From the IMG/VR virus record IMGVR_UViG_3300036823_000324, positions 1 through 64,000 of that record: DNA of 64,000 bases; one strand, 5' to 3'. The position numbers and the translations under genes are program-made. This DNA comes from a virus. A model generated the notes under the pieces. The model saw nothing but the letters and a program-made list of their open reading frames with translations. It searched no databases and had not been told where the DNA came from. Shown here piece after piece: positions 28,510 through 37,152 of the stretch; positions within the stretch are counted from its first letter, which is position 1, and every line of letters begins with the position of its first letter.

Positions 28510-29420
28510 CAGTGGGCGCCGTCCGTCAGCGCCAGCTGCTCCTCGGGTACCAAGGGCGATCGCGCCGCGCCGGCCAGGCGCTCACGACACTCGGGCAGAT
28601 GCGCGCCCTGCAGCTCCATCCCCAGGAAGCCGCGTCCGAGCTGCAGGGCGGCGACGCCGGTGGTGCCGCTGCCGGCGAACGGGTCGAGGACCACGGTCCC
28701 CTCCGGGGCGGCAAGGGCGACCAGGTGACGGCCGAGCCGCAACGGCATGACCGCCGAGTGCCGGATGCCGGCCTCGCCGCCGACCGGGCAGTCGAAGACC
28801 GAGCTCGGCCGCGCGCCGTCGGGGTGGAGGTTGTAGTCACGCTTGCCGCCCTCGTGGCTGCGTGGGCGGCGCGCCCGTGACAGCGTCGAGGGCTTGTGCG
28901 GCGTCCGGGTCCAGCGGTCATAGCCGCGGTAGGCGTCGATCGAGCGCGCCAGCCAGAAGACCCACTCGTGGCTCTGGCGGAGGTAGCCGGGGAAGCTCGG
29001 CGTGTTGCCGTTCGGCTTCGTCCACACCATCCTCTGCAGCAGCCTGAAGCCGAGCTCCCGGGCGCCGGCGAGTATGTGGTCGGCGTAGGCCGACTCCTCA
29101 CCGTCCCGCACGACCACGCCGAGATTCAGCATCAGCGCACCGTCCTCGGTCAGGACGTCGAACATCGGCGGCAGGTAGGTCTCCACGAACTCGCGCGCGA
29201 AGCGCATCGGAAACTCGCTCCGCGTCTTGCGGCTCTGGTTCTTGACGCCCGGCCTGACGCCGTTGCGGTTCGCGCGCTCGGTCGAGCGCGCCTCACTGCC
29301 GCCCTCGTAGTTCCGCTGGTCCGCATACGGCGGCGAGGTGATGATCGTCTGCACCGAGGACCTCGGCAACTCGCGCATCAGCTCCCGGCAGTCGCCCTCC
29401 CGGACCTCCCAGCCGCTCAC
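28509..29420 (-). CDS. Site-specific DNA methyltransferase (N4-C/N6-A, beta order)
   Basis: GDC, ITSPPY, W.KPN, HE, VLDPFAGSGTTG. Confidence 0.92.
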   Translation of the reverse strand: MSGWEVREGDCRELMRELPRSSVQTIITSPPYADQRNYEGGSEARSTERANRNGVRPGVKNQSRKTRSEFPMRFAREFVETYLPPMFDVLTEDGALMLNLGVVVRDGEESAYADHILAGARELGFRLLQRMVWTKPNGNTPSFPGYLRQSHEWVFWLARSIDAYRGYDRWTRTPHKPSTLSRARRPRSHEGGKRDYNLHPDGARPSSVFDCPVGGEAGIRHSAVMPLRLGRHLVALAAPEGTVVLDPFAGSGTTGVAALQLGRGFLGMELQGAHLPECRERLAGAARSPLVPEEQLALTDGAH

Positions 29421-29686
29421 TTCGGCCCCATCCCGCGGATGCTGAAGCCGGTGATGTCGGAGTGCGCCGGCAGCAGGTCGGCAAGGTCGGAGTCGATCGA
29501 CACTTCGAGCGCCGGACCCTTCGGGGGCTCCTTGAGGATCTGGATCACGTGGGCCTCGCCGACGACCTCGTCGCGGATCTTGAGCGGAAGGGTCCTGGCC
29601 CCCGCCATCAGGCGCCGCTCGTAGTCGTCGAGGGCGCCCTTCGTCATGACCATCCCGGGCCACCTCAGCGAGACGATGATCAGCAC
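29417..29686 (-). CDS. Hypothetical protein
   Basis: Coupled overlaps. Confidence 0.5.
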   Translation of the reverse strand: MLIIVSLRWPGMVMTKGALDDYERRLMAGARTLPLKIRDEVVGEAHVIQILKEPPKGPALEVSIDSDLADLLPAHSDITGFSIRGMGPK

Positions 29687-30087
29687 CCGGCCATCACCCT
29701 CTCGGCGTGCTTCAGGACCTCGGGCCGCAGGTCCTCGTCGACGTCGCGCGCGTCCAGGTAGGCGCCGAGCGCGACGGCGGGGTCGGTCTCGAGCGTCGTC
29801 TCCGAGCGCTTGCGCCGCTCGCGGACGGTCTTCAGCTGCGGCCCGACGATCTTGTTGGCGCCGGCGGCCTTCAGCGCCTCGAGGAGGTCGCGGATGCGGC
29901 GCTGGCCTTCGGCGCCGAGCTGCTCGGCCTCGCTCTCGGTCGCCTCGCCCCGGATGCGGACGATGGCGCCCTTGAGGCCGGTGAGCGGACCGATTTCGCC
30001 CTTCTCCAGGAGGCGCCCGACGTCGAGGTTCAGGGTGACCATCGGGCGATCGCGAATCGAGTGGTGGATGACGACCGGATCAGGCAT
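29680..30087 (-). CDS. SbcD/Mre11 C-terminal (capping) domain as a separate gene
   Basis: DRPMVTLNLDV...GAIVRIRG...TDPAVALGAYL, typical of phage SbcD C-termini. Confidence 0.65.
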   Translation of the reverse strand: MPDPVVIHHSIRDRPMVTLNLDVGRLLEKGEIGPLTGLKGAIVRIRGEATESEAEQLGAEGQRRIRDLLEALKAAGANKIVGPQLKTVRERRKRSETTLETDPAVALGAYLDARDVDEDLRPEVLKHAERVMAGC

Positions 30088-30439
30088 CGGTGGCCACCCA
30101 GCGCGCGGCGATCCGCGGGCACTTGTCGCGGATCACGTCGGCGAGCTTCTCGCGGCCGGCCTCGGGGATCGCCGCGAGGATGTCCGTGCCCTCGATGTTG
30201 GCGGCGATGCAGATCCTGCTCTTTTTCGTCGTGCCCACCCCCGGGAGGAGGACGAGGAGTTCGGCGACATGCAACGAGTCGCCGTAGCGCCCCGGAGACC
30301 CGATCAGGGCGAACGGGTCGACCTTCCCTTCGCGGAGCCGCTTTTTCAGCTTCGCCCTCCCGGTGCGGATGTCGTTGGCCCGGTCGAGCGCATCCATGCT
30401 CTGGCTGGTGCGCTCCTCGGCGGTGCGGATACCACTCAT
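30080..30439 (-). CDS. mihF: Actinobacterial integration host factor (mIHF/sIHF, H2TH)
   Basis: DALDRANDIRTGRAKLKKRLREGKV...VAELLVLLPGVGTTKKSRI. Confidence 0.8.
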   Translation of the reverse strand: MSGIRTAEERTSQSMDALDRANDIRTGRAKLKKRLREGKVDPFALIGSPGRYGDSLHVAELLVLLPGVGTTKKSRICIAANIEGTDILAAIPEAGREKLADVIRDKCPRIAARWVATDA

Positions 30440-30440
30440 C

Positions 30441-31208
30441 TCAGTCCTCCCACTCGATCGTCATGAACCCGGTCTCGATGTCCTCCTCGCCGAAGCCGCC
30501 GCGCATCGGCGGCCCACACGACCACGTCTTTGGCCCGATCTGCTGGGGCCGGTGGTTGTGGCCGAAGACGATCGCGTCCCAGGGGCCCGAGGCTTCGAGG
30601 TCCTGGGCCTGCGGCAGCGGCTCGCGCGTCTCCATCACGGACATGCCGCTCGCGAGTGCCTCGCCCGCGATCAGCCAGTGCCCGATCAGGATCGATGGGC
30701 GGTCGGGGTCGAGTTTCGCGCCCATGCCCCGGGCGATGTCGATCAGCTTCTCGGCGACCAGGCGGCTGATCCCGCGCGGGTCGTGCGGGGCCTCGGCGAA
30801 GAGGCGGTTCGGCGGGGCCCACGGCAGGCACCCGACCTGCAGCCCGTTCGGGAGCTGGAGCAGCTCGGGCATGGTCATGACCTTCACCAGGTCGCCGGTC
30901 ACCCCCTCGGCGAGCTCGTCGAGGCAGGTGTAGCGCTCGCCGGCGTGGTCGTGGTTGCCGTGCAACAGGATCGTCGAGTGCGCCGGCGAGGCCTTCATCG
31001 CCTCGCGGGCGACCGCGTAGGCGACCGGCCCGGGCTTCGGCCCTTGGGCGACATCGCCGAGGAAGAGCATCACGTCGGCGTCGACCTCGCTGATCTTGCC
31101 GAGGATCCTCTTCGCGTCGGCGATCCGGGTGTTGCCGAGCTCAATGTCGGCGTGGCCGAGATGCGTCCCGCTCTCGAGGTGCAGGTCGCCGAACAGGACC
31201 GCCTTCAT
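30441..31208 (-). CDS. sbcD: SbcD/Mre11 metallophosphoesterase domain
   Basis: GDLH, LGD, GNHD, GHW, FGHNH; ends GPPMRGGFGEE...GFMTIEW. Confidence 0.88.
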   Translation of the reverse strand: MKAVLFGDLHLESGTHLGHADIELGNTRIADAKRILGKISEVDADVMLFLGDVAQGPKPGPVAYAVAREAMKASPAHSTILLHGNHDHAGERYTCLDELAEGVTGDLVKVMTMPELLQLPNGLQVGCLPWAPPNRLFAEAPHDPRGISRLVAEKLIDIARGMGAKLDPDRPSILIGHWLIAGEALASGMSVMETREPLPQAQDLEASGPWDAIVFGHNHRPQQIGPKTWSCGPPMRGGFGEEDIETGFMTIEWED

Positions 31209-32113
31209 CCTTGCTTCCTCTTCGTGTGGATCGTCCCTCGGGTGACACGCCGGGGTTTCATGTGGAGGGGATGGGCTCGTTCGGTGAACGAGCCGCTGCA
31301 ACGTTCGTCGGGCCCCATCATCACGCGCCCGCAGGCCGGGCACTCCCAGGTCACCTTGGTATCCGCTTTCACTGTTCGATCTCCTTGGGGGTCACGTCGA
31401 TTACCTCCTCTGCGTCGATGTAGCCGCGGTCGTCGTCTGGCATCTGCGTCCATTCGACGGCCACCGAGGCGGGCGCAGGGGACATCCCCGGGACGAGCTT
31501 CCACAGCTGGGTACGGTCGTCGATCCGCATGGTCTCGTCGGGCTCGATCTGTGCGTGGATCTCGCCCGCCATGCCTTCGACGACCAGCTTGCCGTCACGC
31601 AGCCGCAGGCGGCCGATCGGAGCCATCAGAGGTAGCCCCCCGAGTCCGCGGTGAGGTCACAGATCCTGTTCAGCAGGCGACCCCGGCGGTTCGCCGGATC
31701 GATACGCCGCCGCGTCGCCAGCTCACAGCCGATGATCGGATCACTGTGGCTGTCGCCGACGCCGAACCAGACGCCGAGGTAGTCCTGGTCGACCTCGCCC
31801 CACACGATGTGCAGGTAGGGGAGAGGAATCGCGGCAGGGTGCCAGGCGACGTGGAGCGGCCCGATCTTGAGGCTGCTGCCGAGTCCGTTCAGGTGGCGTC
31901 GGGCCACTAGGCGCGCCTTCGTGCCCGCTCGACCAGTTTCGACGCGGCTTCCTCTCCGCGTTCCTTCGCATGCCGGTAGACCTCGCGCTCCTCGGCGTCG
32001 TAGCCCATCCCGCCGATCGGTTCCGCCATCGTACGCGCGAGACCCTGCTCGAATCCTTCCTGCCGCAGTTGAGCCAGGCGCAGATCCTTCCTCAGTTCCT
32101 TCCCACCGAACAT
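31205..32113 (-). other. Four small ORFs (31205-31372 Zn finger, 31369-31626, 31626-31907, 31907-32113)
   Basis: Coupled overlaps; WECPACG motif in the first. Confidence 0.55.
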
Positions 32114-32126
32114 CGCTCTCCTTTCG

Positions 32127-32585
32127 TCAGGCGCCGTGGCACCGCTTGAACTTCTTGCCGCTACCGCAGGGGCACGGGTCGTTGCGGCCGACCAGCTTCC
32201 CCGTCTCCGGGTCCCGGGTGAACACCCGGCCCTTCGTCTCGCCCTCGCAGCTGCGCCTGAACTTCTGCAGCTCGGGGTCGTAGACGATCCAGCAGATCGC
32301 CTCGTCCGCCAGCTGGTCAGCCTCCCAGTCGTCGGCGAGGGCGGTGACCCTCCCGCAATGCGCACAGGCGCCGCCGTCGACGATCTCGTCCATCACCTTC
32401 TTGAGCGCCCGCATCGGGTCCAGGCCGGCGCCGACGGCGTGCCCATACCCATAGTCGATGTAGACGTTCCAGATGGTCGGCTCGTTGTCGTCCTCGTAGC
32501 GGAGCTGGATGCTCTTCGCGCCGGTGCGGGCGATGAAGTCGTACGCCGCGACGAAGACGGGATCCTCGGGGCTCTTCGCTTCCAT
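32127..32585 (-). CDS. SEC-C motif protein
   Basis: C-terminal [21 protein letters not shown]; internal CAHC. Confidence 0.85.
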   Translation of the reverse strand: MEAKSPEDPVFVAAYDFIARTGAKSIQLRYEDDNEPTIWNVYIDYGYGHAVGAGLDPMRALKKVMDEIVDGGACAHCGRVTALADDWEADQLADEAICWIVYDPELQKFRRSCEGETKGRVFTRDPETGKLVGRNDPCPCGSGKKFKRCHGA

Positions 32586-33064
32586 CAGGCGGCCGGGAGG
32601 TCGATGCCGGTGACAGCAGGGCCCGTGCGCTCGAAGGGCACGTAGTTCGCGCGGGCTCGGCTCACTCCCGACCCCGGCTCCCTGTCGATGTTGAACGAGA
32701 CCGTCACGCACTCGCGGCCGAGGCCGTTCCACTCGCCGATCACCGGTACCACCTCCTCGAGCAGCTCGCAGAGGCGGCGCTTCGCGTGTTCGTCGATCCC
32801 GTTCGTCAGGTTTGCGGCGGTATCCCGTTTGTAGGCGTCGGGACGGACCTCGAAGACGACGACGCACCCACGTCGCTTCGGCTGCCGATTATTCCGATCC
32901 GGCGCCTGCGGGCAGACCGTCACCCTGAACTCGCCGACCTTCGCAGCGACGCCGTGATGGGAGACCACGGCGTCCTCGGCCTGGTCGGAGTCGAGCCAGG
33001 CGACGACCGCGCGCAGCTGGTCGACGTCGACGCCGCGGAACGGCTCAGCCGGCGAGGTAGTCAC
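32585..33064 (-). CDS. Hypothetical protein
   Basis: GGAG RBS before GTG 33064; TGATG coupling. Confidence 0.55.
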   Translation of the reverse strand: MTTSPAEPFRGVDVDQLRAVVAWLDSDQAEDAVVSHHGVAAKVGEFRVTVCPQAPDRNNRQPKRRGCVVVFEVRPDAYKRDTAANLTNGIDEHAKRRLCELLEEVVPVIGEWNGLGRECVTVSFNIDREPGSGVSRARANYVPFERTGPAVTGIDLPAA

Positions 33065-34238
33065 CGAGCGTCTCCTCCGTGATCTCGCCGTTGCTGCCCC
33101 ATTCGAGCCATTCGAGGGCCTGGCGCCCCTGCTTCTCTTTGCGGGGGTCATCCGCGCCGAGCATGGCGTCCACGAGTTCGGCAAGCCAGCGCCGGCCGTC
33201 GTCTTCGGAGACGATGTCCTCGACGTCCTGGCCGGCGAAGGGGCCTTTTTTCGGCTTGAAGCCGCGCTCGGGTTTCGGGATCTCGAAGGCGTCCTCGGTG
33301 TTGCCGTCGACATCCCATTCCTCGGGCTCGGCGCCGCCGGCCTCGACCTCGGAGAGGTCGACGGGGTCACCACCTTCTTCGGCGGCCTCTTCGGCGGCGT
33401 CGAGTTCGTCCAGGTCGGCCGGCACCTGTGCGAGGCGATCGGCGTGACTGACATCGGGGTCAGGGGTCGTGTCCTCGATCTGGGCGACCGGTTCGGCATC
33501 TTCGGCGGACCCGCCGTAGAGCTCGGCCGCACCCGACCGGAACTGTGCGGCGATCAGATCCCTGACGTGAGGGTTGCTCCAGTCCGGGGTCATGTTCCAG
33601 CCGATGACCAGGAACGGCTTGGCCAACTCCGCCGCGGAGTATTTGCCTTTCACACTCAGCAGGAGACGGACGCAGCGGAGGAAGGATTTCGTCTCGGCCT
33701 TCTCGTTGACGAACTCGAGTTCTTCGTCGTAGGCCTTGTCGATCGCGTCGTCGTCGACATTCGCGTTCTTCTCGCGGAGCCGGCGGGCGACTTTACGCCG
33801 CAGCTGGTCGAAGCGGACGGTCTTCGACTGGGTGGAGTGACGCCACAGGCCGTCCGGTCCGCGCATCTTGGCGGTGGTGGTGGTGGTGATGCCGGTGCCG
33901 CCCATGTAGTCGCGCTTCTGGTCGACGATCTCGATCTGGGCGAGGTCGGCGAGTTTGGCGAGGCCGACCTTGTTGAGGGCGCGGCCACCCTGCACGGGGA
34001 AGGAGTCACTCTGGACATTCAGCTGGACGATGCGAGGGTTGGGCGACCAGTTCGGGTCGAGCTGCACCACCTGCGAGATCGGCCCGAGCACGTGGACGCG
34101 CTGTTCGAGCTGCGGGGTGATGGAGATCATCCGTTTGCCGCCGACTTCTTCGACGGTCACACCCGTCTGCTGAGAGAGCCATTCCTCAGTTTTCGTGAGC
34201 TCGCGACTGTCGGAGCGCTCGACCTCGGTACCCGCCAT
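33045..34238 (-). CDS. Putative recombination / ssDNA-annealing protein
   Basis: ALNKVGLAKLA...KAETKSFLRCVR.LL.VKGKYS.AELAKPF, acidic tail; first gene of the sbcCD operon; GGAGG RBS. Confidence 0.5.
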   Translation of the reverse strand: MAGTEVERSDSRELTKTEEWLSQQTGVTVEEVGGKRMISITPQLEQRVHVLGPISQVVQLDPNWSPNPRIVQLNVQSDSFPVQGGRALNKVGLAKLADLAQIEIVDQKRDYMGGTGITTTTTAKMRGPDGLWRHSTQSKTVRFDQLRRKVARRLREKNANVDDDAIDKAYDEELEFVNEKAETKSFLRCVRLLLSVKGKYSAAELAKPFLVIGWNMTPDWSNPHVRDLIAAQFRSGAAELYGGSAEDAEPVAQIEDTTPDPDVSHADRLAQVPADLDELDAAEEAAEEGGDPVDLSEVEAGGAEPEEWDVDGNTEDAFEIPKPERGFKPKKGPFAGQDVEDIVSEDDGRRWLAELVDAMLGADDPRKEKQGRQALEWLEWGSNGEITEETLGDYLAG

Positions 34239-34328
34239 GTGTCCTCCCTCTATCCGATCCTCTAATCCTCTCGGAGGAGGCTACCAGATCCCCTCAAATA
34301 GCGGGGATGGGCTACTACTACTAGCTAG

Positions 34329-35723
34329 CTAGCCCCACGGCCGTATGCCGATATGCAGCCCGCGCACCAGGACTTGGCCCGACGGCGTGGAGCTTCCCTG
34401 AAAGGAGACGACACCGGGCGCTTTTTCGGCTTCCGGAGCTATGAAGAACAGCGCCGCTGGTAGCTGCGGCCCGTAGTTCATCCCGGTGCCGCTCTCTATC
34501 CCCGCGATCAAAGTTTCAAGGTTGGCTTTGGTGATCGTGGCGCCTGATTCCATCGCCGTCGCCGCGGCCGGCGCGGTGACGAACCGCGACCAAGTCGTTT
34601 CAGCGCTTCCGACCTTGCTCACCGACGCGACCTTGACACCGAAGATGTTCAACTGGACGACGGCGGTGTTGCCCGTCACGACCGGTCCCAGCCAACCACG
34701 GACGACGACCTCAAGCATTTGATGCGGCTTGACCACGGGAAGTTCGAGTTTCGTGCCACCCGAGAATTCGGCGGGAGAGGTGCTCGTGACCCCGATTTCT
34801 CCTGGTATCCAGAGGTGGGCCGCCGCACTGCCACCGGCCTGAAGCGCTGCCTTGACATCGCTGCCGAGCTTTTCCATCGTGACCGCTTCGGCGGCGAGTT
34901 TCCCGGCCGTCACCGCCAGCGCTTTGATCTTCGCTTCTTCGACGGCTTCCGAGCCGATTTTCGCCGCGGTGACGGCGCTCGCGGCGATCTTCGCGGCCGT
35001 CACCGCTTCGGCGGCGAGCTTGACGGCCGTCACGGCGCCGGTGCCGAGCTTGGCTTCGGTCACCGCTTCTGCGGCGAGCAGCGCCGCGGTGATCGCGCCG
35101 TTCGCGATCTTGGCGGTGGTCACCGCGCCGGCCTGGATCGCGGCGGTCACGACGGCTTCTGCGGCGATCTTGGCGGCGGTGACCGCGCTCGCGGCTAGTT
35201 CATTGGTCCCGATCCCGCCCGCCTTCACCTTCGGGACCATCCCGCCCCCCGGCGCGCGTTCCCATTCCATAGACGTGCTCGAGCCGAGCGCCGTGCTCGT
35301 GATCATCGCTCCGGTGACGCCGTCGATCCCGCTCTGTTCGATCGACGTGATTTCGGTGCCCGACCAGGTGACGGTCCCGATCTTGCGGGAGTTGGCCGGC
35401 GCGGACGCGGCGATCACGATGTCGGTAGCCGTCAATTCTTCGGTTTCCCCGGCGATCACGAAAACCCCGTAAGTGGCCGCGGCTCCCGTGACCGTGACGG
35501 TGATGATCGATTTCCACCAGCGCATCTGGCCGTCGATGATCATGCTCGACTGGCCGGCGATCGAGTCGTCGCCATCGTCGATCGGCACGAACTGCAGGTG
35601 GGTCGAGGAGGCGCGTTCCATCCGCACCCCGATCGCGATCCCGCTCAGCACCTCCTGGATCGCGTTGAGCCAGTTGGCCGGGACGACGGTGACGCCGTCC
35701 ACGTAGTCGATGTCACGGGACAC
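34329..35723 (-). CDS. Tail fibre protein
   Basis: N-terminal TVVPANWLNAIQE anchor; about 11 10-aa repeats (AVTAAKIAAE); lower-GC C-terminal domain. Confidence 0.75.
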   Translation of the reverse strand: MSRDIDYVDGVTVVPANWLNAIQEVLSGIAIGVRMERASSTHLQFVPIDDGDDSIAGQSSMIIDGQMRWWKSIITVTVTGAAATYGVFVIAGETEELTATDIVIAASAPANSRKIGTVTWSGTEITSIEQSGIDGVTGAMITSTALGSSTSMEWERAPGGGMVPKVKAGGIGTNELAASAVTAAKIAAEAVVTAAIQAGAVTTAKIANGAITAALLAAEAVTEAKLGTGAVTAVKLAAEAVTAAKIAASAVTAAKIGSEAVEEAKIKALAVTAGKLAAEAVTMEKLGSDVKAALQAGGSAAAHLWIPGEIGVTSTSPAEFSGGTKLELPVVKPHQMLEVVVRGWLGPVVTGNTAVVQLNIFGVKVASVSKVGSAETTWSRFVTAPAAATAMESGATITKANLETLIAGIESGTGMNYGPQLPAALFFIAPEAEKAPGVVSFQGSSTPSGQVLVRGLHIGIRPWG

Positions 35724-35761
35724 GCCCCTATGGTCGCGGGTCGGGGGGCGCCCTGGCTAGG

Positions 35762-37072
35762 TCAGAGGTGGTCGCCGGCTTTGCTGACGCCGGCGATGAA
35801 GGTACCGAAGTGCACTTCGGTATCGACATTGCAGGCCAGATGGGCCGGTTTCGTGTCTTCGATCAGCTGGCGCACCCGTTCGGCGAGGGTGCCCGAGATG
35901 CTGTAGGCGATGTGGACTTCGAACGAGCGGTTGGCGAAGTTGGTCAGCACACGGACGCCCGTGGCGCTGAAGGATTTGTTCTCGGTCTGGATCAGTTCGA
36001 CGATCAGGTCGATGAAGGTCGAGCTCGCCGAGTCGCGCCGTGCCTTCCACCGTCCCTCGAGGACCGTCTGGCGCTGGGCGGCGGTGAATCCGACCGGCGC
36101 CACCCCCAGCCGCGCCTCGCGCTCGCGCATCGCCAGCAGGTCGAACTGCGGTCCGTAGCGCCGCGATCGCGACACGTCGCGGCCACCGGCCCAGCCATAG
36201 AGGTTGCGGTTGGAGACGGCGAGGTCGCCGTAGAAGGGCTCCTCCGGGTCTACACCTACGCAGGCCGTACCGCCCGTCATCGCAAGCTGCTCGCCGCCTT
36301 TCCTCGTCGTTTCCACGTAGAGCCAGTGCTGGCCGGGCGTCGAGAGCGTCACCGGCGTCCCCGTCGGGATCGTGCCTTCCCCGCCGGTGCAGCCGGTGAA
36401 GGTCGTCGACGTCTTGCCCGTGTAGTTCACCTTCTGGCCGGCGATCAGCAATGTGCCCGAAGGGGGGAATTTTTCGGTCGCGGTCACTCCGATCGTCGCC
36501 AGCGGCAGCGTCTGGGTACTCGAGAGCGCGGTCGCGGGCAACACGAGGGTCGCCTTCAGCGCCAGCAGCGTCCAGCCGGGCATGGCGATCGCGAATGACG
36601 CGCTGGCCTCGATTTCTTCTTTGCCGAAGAGCTGCTTGACGGCGAGATGGCTGGTCGGCGTCGTGGCGATCGCCGTCGCCCCCATGACGAGGAGGTAGAA
36701 CCAGTATTCGCCCGCTTCGGGCGGCGCGAAGGTCGGCCCGGCCTTGAGCACTTTTTCTTCCCCGGTGGCGGCATGGGCGGCGCGCACGCCGCGGGGGAAG
36801 CGCGGCAGGTCGGTCGCTTCGAACTGTGTGAGCTTCGCGGTGCCCGGGCTTTCCGCCCGCCAGATCGTCGACCAGGCGCCGCCGCGCCCGAGCGGGTCGA
36901 GGATCAGATTTTCGGCCTCGATCTCGTTGGCGGTGGTGGGCTGGCCGGACATCGCCAGCGGCCGGTCGAGGTAGGTCGGCAGCGACATCGCCGAGATGTC
37001 CTGGAGCGCCTGGCGGATCCGGGCCGCCTCGAGGGCTTTGGCCTGCATGACGGCGCGCGCGACGTCGCTCAT
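35762..37072 (-). CDS. Baseplate wedge protein (XkdU/YmfQ-like C-terminus)
   Basis: LAMREREARLGV...QRQTVLEGR...LIEDTKPAHL. Confidence 0.65.
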   Translation of the reverse strand: MSDVARAVMQAKALEAARIRQALQDISAMSLPTYLDRPLAMSGQPTTANEIEAENLILDPLGRGGAWSTIWRAESPGTAKLTQFEATDLPRFPRGVRAAHAATGEEKVLKAGPTFAPPEAGEYWFYLLVMGATAIATTPTSHLAVKQLFGKEEIEASASFAIAMPGWTLLALKATLVLPATALSSTQTLPLATIGVTATEKFPPSGTLLIAGQKVNYTGKTSTTFTGCTGGEGTIPTGTPVTLSTPGQHWLYVETTRKGGEQLAMTGGTACVGVDPEEPFYGDLAVSNRNLYGWAGGRDVSRSRRYGPQFDLLAMREREARLGVAPVGFTAAQRQTVLEGRWKARRDSASSTFIDLIVELIQTENKSFSATGVRVLTNFANRSFEVHIAYSISGTLAERVRQLIEDTKPAHLACNVDTEVHFGTFIAGVSKAGDHL

Positions 37073-37152
37073 TCGGGCGCACCTCCGACCCAGCCGAGCA
37101 GCAGGATCGCGGCGACCACGAATGCCAGCTGTGCCCAGTCGCCGAGGCTCAT
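37069..37152 (-). CDS. 27-aa single-TM peptide
   Basis: MSLGDWAQLAFVVAAILLLGWVGGAPE; ATGA overlaps at both ends. Confidence 0.5.
   Translation of the reverse strand: MSLGDWAQLAFVVAAILLLGWVGGAPE

Noticed and set aside
28509-29420. Restriction-modification system
   Set aside because: No adjacent restriction endonuclease; orphan phage methyltransferases are common.
34312-34331. Tandem TAG runs (also 2891-2899 and 23276-23281) as a sign of amber recoding
   Set aside because: TAG ends many intact genes and no conserved gene is interrupted by it; at 2893 it doubles as a -10 box.
34860-35200. 30-bp periodic repeats as a VNTR or DGR
   Set aside because: They encode the common AVTAAKIAAE fibre repeat; no reverse transcriptase or template/variable repeat pair seen.
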